Below are positions 25,767 to 39,530 of a stretch of 64,000 nt of DNA, one piece after another (positions within the stretch are counted from its first letter, which is position 1; each line of letters opens with the position of its first letter). Source of the stretch: Octopus sinensis (lineage: Eukaryota). The notes below the pieces were generated by a model. The model was not told the origin of the DNA. It ran no database searches and was given only the letters and a program-made list of their open reading frames with translations. The position numbers were made by a program, and so were the translations under genes. The stretch is from the NCBI RefSeq assembly GCF_006345805.1, contig NC_043003.1, positions 94,364,001 through 94,428,000 of the forward strand, read 5' to 3'.

Positions 25767-26204
25767 ATAAATGACAGCTAAATATTTTGATGAACTTTTA
25801 TTTAACAATAAAAAATCTTAATATCACAGGTTGCTTCGTAACTCAAGAACACGTACGTGAATTATTTATATTATAATATTTAATAAATAAATTACTTACA
25901 TCTGGCTCAAATTTTACCCATTTTCAATTAATTTTTTGCATTTTACATTAATGCATTTTACATTAATGCATTTTACATTAAGGCGTTCGATGCTTCCTAG
26001 GGCTATACAGCGGTGGTGTACCCCCTACTGTCACGTTCTTGTTAGATTGACAGTATACAACCATCCTGTAAGTAATTTATTTATTATTAAATATGATAAT
26101 ATAAATTATTTGCATGTTTTTTAGTTACGTAAATATTTGTCGTGGTAATAGGGTTTTTCTTTTTGCTAAATAAAAGTTCATCAAAATATTTCTCTGTCAT
26201 TTAT
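25767..26204. mobile_element. MITE with imperfect TIRs of about 130 bp
   Basis: Perfect 25-bp inverted repeat aaatattttgatgaacttttattta (25780-25804 versus 26167-26191). It extends outward through ataaatgacag and inward through cgtaact...atttatattat...aattacttaca. Confidence 0.85.
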
Positions 26205-26345
26205 ACACACCTTATCCTTATCCCTTATATATTACAATATATTGTTTACGGTTTGTAGAATAATACATTAAGGAGCTATTTTCATGAGTACTACTGGATT
26301 ACTTGAAATCAAATATTGTGACTTAAATATATTTATATATATATG

Positions 26346-26412
<67 letters not shown>

Positions 26413-26611
26413 GGAGCAAATAATTCGCGAAAAAATAATTTGCGAAGATACCATTGACTCTGTTATTATCTAGTGTAACAATTTAAAAATGATAATATTA
26501 GAATCAATAATATAAGCGATTGCAGCCCCCCTAATTCATATATATATATATATACATGCATGCATACATACATACATACATACATACTACATACATACAT
26601 ACATACATACA

Positions 26612-26644
<33 letters not shown>

Positions 26645-27131
26645 GCATACATACACGTACGCAAGTATACAGATGTACATACGTACAGCTATATGTGTAT
26701 ATTAATACATGTATATACTGTTGAGTAAGAGAAAAATTACTATTCATTAGCGTAACGTTGACACAGATATTGTAGTTATCGAGACAGGCTCTTTCAAGGA
26801 TTCTATAATCTGAATTCAATTTAACTTTCAACTGACATCTATTTGCATTTGGAATGGATAAGGATTATAGGCTTACCAGTGTCCCACGCGATTTTTTTCC
26901 TGAACCAAGATACTAAAGTTGTGGAAACTAATTTTAGTAATAACTTCGGTAATGTCTAGACAGAAGAGAGCAGAGCAAATGTTCATTGAAAGATTACTCA
27001 CCAGTTTGCGAATGCAAATAAGCTCTGTTATCGAAGAGAGCGCTTCAAACTTTATTAGTGATAGAGGTACTATAAAACAATGCTACATGTTTGGTTAAAA
27101 ACCATAACCGTTAATATAAGAGTTAATAGGG

Positions 27132-27340
27132 TAGCAAGCTAGCAGAATCGCTAGTACGCCGGAAAAATACCTACCGGTATTTCGTGCGTCTCTACGTTCT
27201 GAGTTCAAGTTTCGTAGATGCCGACTTTGCCTGTTATCTTTTTAGAGTAAAAAAAAAATAAGTACCGATTGAGCACTGAGGTCGGTCAATGCAACTCATC
27301 ATATTACTGTCCTTGTGCCAAAAATTTGAAACCAATATAA
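27132..27340 (+). mobile_element. SINE (taaggcggcgag family), decayed
   Basis: agctagcagaatcgctagtacgccgg...ctacgttctgagttcaag...ccttgtgccaaaaatttgaaacc. Confidence 0.7.
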
Positions 27341-28585
27341 GAGTTACGAGTTACGAATGCCATGGATGTTTGTATCATTCACAGGATCCGAGAACAGCGA
27401 TATTTCGTCACAAGTGCCGAATATGCATGACACAAATCGCTTTAGAATTTTAGTTACTTTTATTTTTCCTTTAGAGATTTTGCTTAAATAATCATTTAAA
27501 TCTTTATCTTTTGCATCAGTCTTTGGACAGAGGCAATGCTGGGGTTCAGTCGAATAAATCTATTCGACAATACTTATTTTCTAAATCTCGCACTTATTTT
27601 ACTGGTCTCTTTGACCGAATCGCTAAGTTTCATAGACGTAAACAAACCAGCACCGGTTGTCAAGCGGGAGGGGAACAAATACAATAAACAAATACTATAC
27701 CAATCTAAATACAATACCAACACAAACACACACACATAGATACAGATTTATACACTCACACACACGCACATACACATACACGTGCGCGCACGGCTGAGTA
27801 TTTCCAGATTCCGTCTATCAAACCCATTTACAAGGTTTGGGTTGGCGCGGGACAATAGTAGAAGGCTCTCGACGAAGATGCCGCACAGTGTGACTAAGCC
27901 CAAGGGTACATTGTTGAGAAACAATCCCTTTAACCCCACCAGCCACGCCTGCACCTATGTATATTTTTAAAAACAGCCGAGTTAATCGATAGCTGGTATT
28001 CATTAAAACTTGATGATGCCTTTATTTATCTACCAATGTTAATTACAATAAAACACCTGTTTACCAGTACTGCAAGGCGGGGGTGACTTGATAGATATAT
28101 GTATTGCTTGCGAATAATCATAGACATATTTTTATGCAAATACAAATAATACTAAAAATAAATGAAATCTTCAAATAAAGCGATACGAAACCCATTTCTC
28201 TTTGTTTTCATTTATCTATTCCGATTATAGTCTTTTTACGCTCTACATTTCTTTCCCTTATTTCTTTAATATTCTTCCCTTTCGATTTTTTTCCCTTTTC
28301 TCATGCAATTTATATATATTTTCTCACTTTTTTACATTTTTTCTTCATTTTATATTATCAATCATGCTTTCATTTTATTCATTGTAATTTATGATTATTT
28401 TTCACATCTCTTTGAATTTTGGTCCCATTTCATTCATTCGATATTTCATTTCCATGCTCTTGTCATATGATTACGTACATATACATAACATTTTCATATA
28501 CGCGTATACACACAGATACACGCTACAAACGTACACATGAACATGTATGCAATAGCAAAAATGTATACATAGATATACCTACAGG

Positions 28586-28627
<42 letters not shown>

Positions 28628-28985
28628 AATCCATTAATGAAGTGGAAGATGGATTTGGCATTCTTCTTTATTCAGTACAACGATCGTTTCGCCCCCCCCC
28701 CTGAAACAGTCCTGTATGGGTGGGATGTCGTGCATCCAACTTTGTTGCAACGATCAGTGAACTCTAGGTTATATCATGTACATGCATACATAAAGTAGCG
28801 TTTGGCTAAAGACATTGAGTTCTCGCAGTCATGTTGGTGTTTTCCCGCTGTACCAGCTAACACTGAAGTAGATCCAACGAAAATATATCCCAACCGTGGA
28901 TGACACCTGGTAGCTCAAACTGTGAACGTGCTTTACTCAACACACTAATTGATATACATCCACTGGTCCAAAGCTGAATATGGAA

Positions 28986-29253
<268 letters not shown>

Positions 29254-29535
29254 GGCAATGAATATGGAAATTAGTACATCTGCAGATTTTCTATATATAC
29301 AGTCAGTTATACAGCATATTTGGTTTGACTGTAGAAATTTAAAAAATACACAGTTGTACTGATTGCCGTACTCATTGTAATTGTCTTGGATATACACTCA
29401 ATAGAATAATTATAATCTAGCGAAGGTGAAGGATTTACCCATCGCATGAATTGGAATGAGCATAAAAATATATATGCACACATATATATCATCATATCTG
29501 TGAGTTTGTATGCATCCGTATATATGTGTGTGTAT

Positions 29536-29579
<44 letters not shown>

Positions 29580-29581
29580 TG

Positions 29582-29934
29582 TGAAAGAATGTTTTAAAAT
29601 GCAATTTTAAATATGCTTATTCACTTGACCGGTTCCATTTTTATCGAAAAAGATTTTCAAAAGTAAAATGTAAAGCGTTGTATAATTTTTATATGACTTT
29701 TATTGAACTCCTAATACTTTTTGGTGAATATTTTCTTAAATACTTTCTTGTAAACTGTTTTTAACATTTTCTTATTATTATCAGAGAATGTATATATGTA
29801 TTTTAATACTTTTGTGACAACCAATACTTAACACTACAAAGCTTTACATTTTACTTTTGACCATCTTTTTCTAAAAACGTGAAACCGGTCAAGTGAATAA
29901 CCCTCTTTAAAATTGCATTTTCAAACTTCTTTCA
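29582..29934. mobile_element. 353-bp MITE with TIRs of about 100 bp
   Basis: tgaaagaatgttttaaaatgcaattttaaa...ttattcacttgaccggtt...caaaagtaaaatgtaaagc aligns with the reverse complement of 29835-29934. Confidence 0.85.
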
Positions 29935-29982
29935 TATATATTTCCATTCGTGAGGTATCTTACAACTTTACTTTGCTATATA

Positions 29983-30021
<39 letters not shown>

Positions 30022-30429
30022 TGTACATATGCATAGAAACACACATATGTGTGCATGCGTGACATCATAAAAATTAACAGTCCGATTTACAGAGCATGCT
30101 ACCTTGATATTTTTATAAATATAAACAAATTATATATTTATAAGTGTGTGAAGATATATTAATTTTATTTGAAATTGTATTGGTAGGATCTTTTGAATAA
30201 TGTGTATATGTGTATCTTTTATCATATCTTTTCGGCTTTAAGTTAATTGTTTCCTTCCGCTTCGAATATAAATGTGATTAAATTGTGGAAAAGTTACAAT
30301 TTGAACTAAGGAGTGAAGGAATAAATATATTTTCATGAAGTATCTTTATGTGGTAAATTCATTTAGTTTGACGGTCACGTGAATTGGAAGAGTATTAGAA
30401 GAGACTTTCTGAAATGCCTGTACTTATTG

Positions 30430-30850
30430 AAGATCTCTGAACTTGATATGCGAATAATGAGCTAAATTATTGAAGTTTCTAAAAATAAAATTTTTTTGAG
30501 ACTTCTAGATTCAAAAATTTTACATTGATTGTTTACCGTTGGTAACTTTCTAGGATTTTTGTTGTGATGAGTGCAGTAATGCAGTCTTTCAATACAGAAA
30601 TTCAAGAAAATAATTTGAATACGTTCCTATTTTTGACGTTTCTGGTGAGGGAGCTGATTGTAGTATGTCATTATCTAATGCACATTACATAGCTGAACAG
30701 GGATTTAGGATTAGTTTTGTTTCGACTTGAGCAACCTTCCTTCGTTGGTTATATTTGGTTGCTTGAGGTTAACTATTGCTATTCAGTAGTTTAGCTTGCT
30801 TCAAGTAAATAATCTCCAGTAGCTGTGGGAAACTGCGAAATGCTTGTTAG
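30430..30850 (-). pseudogene. Decayed CR1-type ORF2 fragment (linker between endonuclease and RT)
   Basis: Minus-strand KTNPKSLFSYV at about 30718-30687 matches the K.NPK.F..Y linker motif. Boundaries are approximate. Confidence 0.45.
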
Positions 30851-31399
30851 ATAATGGTTTATGCAATTCCTGATATCATTTACCGATATATGTGTCAGTG
30901 TGTGTGTGTATAATTATCTCATTATATCTGTATAATGTATGGCCACGCCATGCAAAAGCCGTGATCATTGCCCAATCTCGTCGAACAAGGATAAATATAT
31001 GAAAATGTAACATGATAAACGAGCGCATAGAGTAGAAATTATTCAGGTTAATAGTTAACCTCATTCATTATTGCAACAAATAGACTGAATTACTTAACAA
31101 CCTGTGACAATTAATTATTAACTACTCTATATATCTAACATACTTTCTCTCTCTCCCTCCCCCTCTCTCTCTCTAAATATATATATATATATATGTTAGA
31201 ATAATATAAAAATAAATTTAACGTTACAATTAAAATTAAATTATTATGGACATTTAAAGAAATGTCTTATGGTGATATGTCATCTTAGATAATAAACGGA
31301 GAATAAATTAAATAGAAATACTCACGATTACAAACAGCAATAATGAAAAATAGAAACGAAAACGCGTACAATTGCTGAACGAAAAATTAATACAAAAAC

Positions 31400-31400
31400 A

Positions 31401-31432
<32 letters not shown>

Positions 31433-31433
31433 A

Positions 31434-31486
<53 letters not shown>

Positions 31487-31514
31487 GTTGATGTTGTTGC
31501 TGTTGTTGTTGTTA

Positions 31515-31554
<40 letters not shown>

Positions 31555-31570
31555 GTTAGTATTATTATTA

Positions 31571-31603
<33 letters not shown>

Positions 31604-31670
31604 GTTAGTATTATTATTATTATATTATTATTATTATTTTTATTATTATTATTATTTTGTCGTTATTATT
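31400..31670. repeat. Compound trinucleotide repeat (GAT)n(ATT)n(GTT)n
   Basis: Seen directly. Confidence 0.97.
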
Positions 31671-31674
31671 TTTT

Positions 31675-31886
31675 TTTTGTACTTGTTTCAGTCATTTGAC
31701 TGCGGCCATGCTGGAGCACCGCCTTTAGAGTGGTGAAAGAGTACAGCAGGGATCACCACCATCCCCTGCCGGAGCCTCGTGGAGCTTTTAGGTGTTTTCG
31801 CTCAATAAACACACACAACGCCCGGTCTGGGAATCGAAACCGCGATCCTGCGACCGCGAGTCCGCTGCCCTAACCACTGGGCCATT
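31675..31886 (-). mobile_element. Young tRNA-derived SINE with a CR1-like tail
   Basis: Head tggcccagtggttagggcagcggactcgcggtcgcaggatcgcggtttcgattccc (A and B boxes); tail ggcggtgctccagcatggccgcagtcaaatgactgaaacaagt. Confidence 0.85.
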
Positions 31887-32917
31887 TATTATTATTATTA
31901 TTATTATTATTTTGTTATTATTGTTATTATCATTCTATTTTTGCTGTTGCTATAATAATTATTATTATTATTACTATTATTATTATTATTATTATGGCAA
32001 ACAAAACAGGTGACTCTACAACAGCAACAGTAATCATAAAACATTATGTACCTCCACGAAATTCGTCTCAATAATTCTTTAATTCACAATATAATAGAAT
32101 TAGTATATCGAGGAACAAAGAAACTTAAGAGGAAAACATGTGAAGAGAAATTATTATAATGTTAGGCAGTTTGAACGGAGAACATACGGAAAATAAACTG
32201 AAAATAGTAGAAATGATAAACAAAGAGAGAGAAAAGAAAACACTTGTCCAAAACAATTGAAAGCAATGTAGAAAAGAAATTATCGAAATAAGGAATGAGC
32301 AAAACAAATACAAATAAAATAATAGAAATAGTCAAATGAAAATATAAAAAAATTGTGAAATAATGAAAAATATAAACAAAATTATCAACTATTGCAATAA
32401 GAATAAGTTTCGGGAAACAAAACAAGAAGAAAAAATTATAAAAGAAATAAACGTGAGGAAAAAGAAAGTTACAAAAGAAATAAATTAATATTGAAACAGA
32501 ATAAAAGAGAGGAGGCTCTTGGCGAAGAAAGAATAGTGAAGAAGATGTACGATGACGAATGCGAAGTGTGAAAATATTAAAACAAAATATATTGGGAAAA
32601 GAAAGATAAATATGAATTGCACAAGATGCAGGTTGTTGAAATGCTACACACCAGTCATTTCAAGATATTGAACTCTGTGCATCAAGTGTGTCTGGTTCAT
32701 TTGTTTTACTATTCCCAAGTCTTTACAACTAATAACATCTCTGCGTGTTCCTGATCGGCATACAAACACTACAAACAGCCTTTATCACTTTCTTAGCTCA
32801 TATCAAACCATCACTGTCTATGTACTTATTGGATCGCCTGACAACTGCCTACAGCTGCTCTGCTCACTGAACATCTGCATATTACGGAACACCTCCTTGG
32901 TTTCCAGTATGTTTCAG

Positions 32918-33247
32918 AGCCGACTCTGCGTAACTGGTACTTAATTAATCGACCCCGAAAGGATGAAAGGCAAAGTCGATCTCGGCGGAATTTGAACTCA
33001 GAACGTAACGGCAGACGAAATACCTATTTATATTTCTTTATTAACCACAGAGAGGACAAACAAGGACAGACAAACGGATTAAGTCGATTATATCGACCCC
33101 AGTGCATAACTACTTAATTTATCGACCCCGAAAGGATGAGAGGCAAAGTCGACGTCGGCGGAATTTGAACTCAGAACGTAACGGCAGACAAAATACTGCT
33201 AAGCATTTCGCCCGGCGTGCTAACGTTTCTGCCAGCTCCCCGCCTTC
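32918..33247 (-). mobile_element. Dimeric SINE with an internal LINE-like tail
   Basis: Two ggcaaagtcga...cggcggaatttgaactcagaacgtaacggcagac units separated by tttctttattaaccacagagaggacaaacaaggacagacaaacgg. Confidence 0.9.
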
Positions 33248-33254
33248 AATACCA

Positions 33255-33625
33255 TAAATATGAACAATGCAATGGCCTCATTCCAACGGACAATTTAAGC
33301 ATCGGCAAAAATCGACATTGCACTTACATAGATAGAAACAACTTGAATACATAGTATGTGGGAAATATAAAACGTATTACTAATGATTTCCAAGTTGAAG
33401 AATCTGATCAAGTTAGTATTATTTACAATATTAGTGTTTCAGAAATTCTAAAGCCCCGATCTGAATGTATTGCCTTATTTAATGCTATCCCCCTATATCG
33501 CAAGTTCAATATAAATGTTGCCGGTTTTTATCCCACCAAAATTAAGGAAATAACTATCGACTTGATGTAATCGATTATATTGATCTCCCGAACTTTGGTG
33601 GTTTTGTAGCTAATGTGGCAGCTCA
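33255..33625 (+). repeat. Local duplication, copy 1 (paralog of about 34925-35282)
   Basis: tacatagtatgtgggaaatataa...ttatttaatgctatcccc...aaggaaataactatcg...tattgatctcccgaac...tttggtggttttgtagct.atgtggcagctc is present in both copies. Confidence 0.9.
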
Positions 33626-34276
33626 TTACTTTTAATGCTTAAAGCAACATCAATACGTTTTCATTTCTTGTAATTCTATATGTTCTTAAAGAAGCAAAAT
33701 AAATACTGAATTCCATCTAACAATATCTACCTTTAAAATACACATTGTCAAACAAATACAGATGTAGACTTTACAATCAACATAGTAAGGAGCAAGGATT
33801 GACAAGCAGGATATATATTTAACCAAGCGAAACGCATCCAAATAAAACCATTTATCACTCGTCAAAATTTCCCAAGTGCAAACAACGATTAAAAGGTTAC
33901 AACAACATGAGAAAGCACGAATAACATCAACAATAATAACAAGAATAAGAAAGAAAGTAACTGTTATCAAAAGTATGTAAAAATGGAATACTTATATATG
34001 AAATGCAAACGTAAAAAAACGTGTATTGATATTTCGAATTCAATCTGTTGATTCTGGAGAAGTTTTATTTTACTTCTAAGCCTTTAATTCTATGAATAAA
34101 CCTATCGTTTTCAGCCTCACTTTAGCTAATTCCATCATAAGTTAATTTATATATTACCGAAAGTTGACATTCACGTTTAATCTACAAATAAAACATAACA
34201 AAATTCTTCCTAAGTATCATTCAGATTTCAGCGCTCACATTCTGTTTTACAGCGCACTTATCCAGTATAATCGCTA

Positions 34277-34340
<64 letters not shown>

Positions 34341-34640
34341 CGCGGGTGTAGATAGATTTATTATGTTGGGTTGGCTACACATTTATTTTCTATTCCAATA
34401 CCACATCAGTCAATCAGCCAACCTCTAATCCAAAGAATCTATCTATATGAACAAGATACCAGTGTTTTTTTTTCAGATCTACAACAAAAACAAGCAAAAA
34501 AAAATACATCCCAGTATTCAACATACACAATTAAGTAAATAGTGACTTTACAAAATTCAGTATCCTGGAAAGAAATGCTTCGAAATGCCAGCAGTGAATG
34601 TGTTATTCTTGCAAAGATTTCAGGCCTCCATACTTTAGCA

Positions 34641-34918
34641 TTAATATTTTCCCGCAGACATTTGAACTGCAACTGTAACTCTAATGTGCATCCTTGTCCA
34701 GAGATGCCTCTTGAAACGACACCGTTGGCATTTGTCACGAACTCGGTTTTTGTCTGTACTGGTTGTAATTCCAAACTTGTAAGGGTTCTATCAAGGTGCT
34801 TGAATAAATTTACTGCGTATCACCAGTTATACGACCAGGCATTCCAAGGACAGTATGATGATGTACCACGCGAAGAGTTACTGATTTGCAGAAGAGATTT
34901 CAACAAACCAAGTGGAAC
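34641..34918 (-). pseudogene. Decayed exon-like segment resembling a nuclear-receptor DNA-binding domain (copy 1)
   Basis: Frame 34787-34641 reads NPYKFGITTSTDKNRVRDKCQRCRFKRHLWTRM, versus the NR second-finger consensus Y.C..C.I....R..CQ.CRF.KCL..GM. RITGD lies upstream in another frame, and there is an AG at 34920-34919. Confidence 0.4.
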
Positions 34919-34924
34919 CTTTAT

Positions 34925-35282
34925 ATATATGAAGTAATACATAGCTCATTCCCATATGCTCATTCACAGTGACAAGAAAGTGCACAGAAAGGAACATCTT
35001 ACATACATAGTATGTGGGAAATATAATACGTATAACTAATGACTCTTAAGTTGAAGGATATAATGATGTTAATATTATTTACAATGGTGGAGTTTCAGAA
35101 AGTCTAAAGCGCCGAATTGAATGTAGTGCGTTATTTAATGCTATCCCCTTATATTGTAAGTTCAATGCCAATGTTGCCCTGCTTTCATTTCACCAAAGGA
35201 AATAACTATCGCCTTGGTGTAATCAACTATATTGATCTCCCGAACTAACTTTGGTGGTTTTGTAGCTGATGTGGCAGCTCCA
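34925..35282 (+). repeat. Local duplication, copy 2
   Basis: See 33255-33625; roughly 80% identical by eye. Confidence 0.9.
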
Positions 35283-35777
35283 GAGATATCTTCAGCATTT
35301 TCGAAAAATAAAGAATTTTGACCCCATTTTTGTAAAATATCTTCGATGAAAATAGACTAAAGCGCTTAATACAATTAAATATCTCTTTAGCGTAAAAGCA
35401 CAAACATATTTGTAATTTAAATTTCATTATTTAAGGAAAATAATAGAGTTAATCTTCAAAGTGAAAAATTATCATGACTCTTCTGTTTGATAATATTTTT
35501 CTAAACATTTTTTTCTGCTTTGTGCGTCATTTATGGTATGTCTGTGTTGTTTTATTTACCCCCTCATCATTACAGAATTTGAATTAATGTCATCAAATGA
35601 TTGCATATTTATAGGAAAAGAAGAGATGAAAGTTTGTTATGTATGGTAATGACAGCATAGCAGTCTGTCACGCACATTCACATATATGCACACGCGCTCG
35701 CACGAACAATTTGTTGTATGTCATTGAACTCAGTGTTCAATCTGTCAATGCAGTTATCTCTCGCTCTGAAATGCGTG

Positions 35778-36285
<508 letters not shown>

Positions 36286-36567
36286 TTAAAAAGTAATATA
36301 TGTGTGTGCATGTGTGTGCATGCGTGCGTGCGTCTGAGTGTGTGTGTGTGGTGTATTTGTATGTCTGTCTGTATATATGTATGTATGTATATATGTATGT
36401 ATGTGTGTGTTGTGTGTGTATATATAGGAGTCTAATTTTATTCTTTATGTTGATGTTCCTATTTCTCCTTATTGACTTCAGTTTGGTGTGTACCATTTTC
36501 TGAGTATTTTATAAGAAATTCAGATTTTAATTCTTTATCATTTATAACCGTTCCCAGCTATTTGAAT

Positions 36568-36833
36568 AACATGCCTATTTGAAGACATGCCTTTTGAAAC
36601 GGAATTGCTGGAATTTGTCATAAGTGCCTGGTTTATTCGGCACTTGTTTCTCTCTCACTTTTGGTGGAGAGTCTGTCAAGTAGATGGATGATTCATTCAA
36701 TTACTTCACCTTTCCTTCACTACAGTTAGTTTATTAATGTCACCAGCAATTCTAAACTTTGTGATATTCCTTCTTCTTTTTCGAAGCTGATTTTATCCAT
36801 ATGGCCTTCAAGAGCATCGCACATTATTTGATC
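36568..36833 (-). pseudogene. Decayed exon-like segment resembling a nuclear-receptor DNA-binding domain (copy 2)
   Basis: Strong acceptor ttgtctcttctttaacattttgcag|G at 36834/36833. Then FRIAGD, and across frameshifts NKCRINQAL/DKFQQFRFK/ACLQIGM. It shares 30 of 38 nt with 34738-34701. Confidence 0.4.
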
Positions 36834-38310
36834 CTGCAAAATGTTAAAGAAGAGACAAGTTAATGATCTCCTGAAGGACTCCCATGGTGGTAGAGCATCA
36901 TTCCAAAATTGTGCTATTTACGAGTAGTGAATTGATTGCTTTGGCGAAAAGCTAATGAATAGCGCGGGTAAGGCTGTTCAGTTTGTTGAGTGGACGATTT
37001 TCTATCGGCATTGATGTCCATGTACTTTAATATGTACTTTGATTGCTGGCTAAAGAAAGGAGATATTTACGCTGTAGTTAAATCATATAGTTAGGAAGCA
37101 AACTTTATAACAGACAGCCATTCCTGTACCATGTTAGGACTGGTGGTCATAAATGATTTTAGTTATTATCATTTTTTTAATAAAAACGGAGTCAATTCTT
37201 GTAGAAGACCTCCACGTTGTTATTTATCGACCACTACTACCTTTTTTTTCTGTATACTTGAACCAATGAAGAGTTTGGAAAGTGCGTCGAAGAGAATACA
37301 CCACATTTTTTAGCAAATATGATCGATGACCAGTTTATAAATGATAACTAGATGGCTGAAATATTTACCTACCTAATTGCTTGAAAATAATAATTCTGAA
37401 ATTATATGAAGAAGTTTAATATTTACTATCCACATGATAATGTAGATGACCTAACATCGAAGTACAAAATGTGAGTACGATATCATCAATCGTATGAAGT
37501 AGTAACAGATCATAACGTGTAAGTCTTCTTACACTGCTATGAAGCAGGAGAAAAATTATGTAGGTCGTAGATATCTGCATTCATATGAGGTATTAAAAAG
37601 CAAAAATTAAAACGAATATCTCTAACGTATTCTCTTCAATGCTGAGATATCATATTGGTGTTGCAGCATATTTTTGAAAATTCCCTGCAGATATATAAGC
37701 AAATCACTACCGCAGCCATAAAAAATCACTGAGGCATTAAGTAATTAGTATTTAGATTGCTTGATGAGTATTAACGCTGCAATCTTAGCTATGAATGCAC
37801 TGTAGGGGTACATATAGAATAGTGCTATTACGTTTTGTATAGATATTGGTGTTGGTGATGGGGGGGGGGTATTGTTATTGGTGTTGTTGGTTTTGTTGGT
37901 GTTGCTGTTGTTGAATAGCTGTGTTTGTCACGCTGTTGTGCTATCATGCTATAACTTTTTCAGTTACGATATAAATATAATGTCATGACATATATCGTGT
38001 TGCTATGCCATTTCTGTATTTTAATGGTATAAGTGTTGCTACTGTATTGTCTTGATATCAAATAGTAAAATACGTTTATAAGGGAAAAGCTTGTGGAGGA
38101 AAACATCTCGCATTTTCTCCACCATATTGAAAAACTCAGAAAATATGTTCGACTCAACTTCAAACAAAAAGATAACCAAAATATAAAAAAATTTGGTAAA
38201 AATCGTTACTTCCTTTACTGAACATTACAAAAGATTTAATTAACAGTGATTCCGTTCCAATGTTTTGTTTCGTTTTTAATAGCATAACACAAATGAATGC
38301 ATACATGCAT

Positions 38311-38413
<103 letters not shown>

Positions 38414-38561
38414 TATACACTATGGAATACATATGCAATACACATTATAGGTATGCATGTGTAGATATGTATGTGTATGTGTGTATTTATATGTATATAA
38501 ATTAACAGAATGAGATAAAAAAAAGGCTGTGAACAGTTATCAGAGCATTTATAAAGAGAAG

Positions 38562-38609
38562 GTCTTACAGCTGTTTCCGGGATATTTTATACATCCCTTC
38601 ATCAGAGAC
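38562..38609 (-). ncRNA. Minimal type I hammerhead ribozyme (Penelope-type)
   Basis: GUCU-CUGAUGA-A-GGGAUGU-AUAAA-AUAUCCC-G-GAA-ACAGCUGU-A-AGAC: conserved core, 7-bp helix II, palindromic helix III, GUA cleavage triplet and 4-bp helix I. Confidence 0.75.
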
Positions 38610-38836
38610 GGTGCGTGAAAATGTTCTCTATAATAATAATTACTTAAGAGGGAAAAAAACAAGGGGAACATGAAGATAGTAAAAAGTGGGATTTGGTTAA
38701 CAATTTCTCTGATCCTCTTTCCGTCGTGTGTAGGAACTTTCGCTTGAAGCAAGCTAGTTTGGTATATATGCAAATAAATTTATTTGGAACAATTGCATGT
38801 TTTTCAAATTTAGGTGCTTTTCAACAACAAATTTGC

Positions 38837-38880
<44 letters not shown>

Positions 38881-39349
38881 GTGTATATTGTGCTGGTCTG
38901 AACAAAAATTACAGTAACTCTTGCAATATAGATTGTAAGGTCTCTAAAAAATTATTACAAGTGAACTTGTAGCTATTGGTATACTCTAAACTTCATTACC
39001 GAACTTGCGTGAAAGTCGCGTATATGTTCTTTGACCAACATGTTACCATGAAACTCAAAGTATATCGATACCCAGTTAGCATGTATGTTATTATTGAGAA
39101 CAATAGAAATAGAACGATATAGTAATCCGTATCGAATATAAATATAAGGTATCGTGTTTTGAGGAGTGTTACAGTCGAATATATATCAACATCGGATTTG
39201 TCTGTTATTTAATTTTCTTTATTTGCCCCGGAACACTGTAAAACTAAATTGACTCAATGGAATTTGAACCCAGGACGTTGTAATTTAAAACGGAGTGTTG
39301 CATGTCGTTTTGCCTGCAATTCTACTAATTCTACTAATTCACTAATTTT

Positions 39350-39530
39350 AATACAAGGCCAACTGTTTTGAAAGAAGGATTGCATCGACTCCCGTACTTA
39401 ACTGGTGCTTTATAAGGATATAAGGTAAAGTTAACTTCGGGAGGATTTGAACTCAGAATGTAAAGAGTCGAAACAAATAGCGCAAAATATTTTTCCGGTG
39501 GTTCTAACTATTCTGTTAGCGCGCCACTTT
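39350..39530 (-). mobile_element. Decayed SINE
   Basis: tacaaggccaac...gtacttaactggtgc...ggaggatttgaactcagaatgtaaag. Confidence 0.65.

Noticed and set aside
31820-31886. tRNA-like sequence
   Set aside because: It is a SINE head: the acceptor stem is not closed and it is followed by SINE body and tail.
33686-33970. Minus-strand 94-aa hydrophobic ORF with a C-x9-W spacing echoing the NR finger
   Set aside because: No nucleotide similarity to the two NR-like segments and no following CxxC; likely chance.
34542-34937. 131-aa plus-strand ORF as a gene
   Set aside because: No ATG start (GTG), no recognisable domain, and the paralogous region at 36.6 kb has a stop in this frame. The antisense reading is the more informative one.
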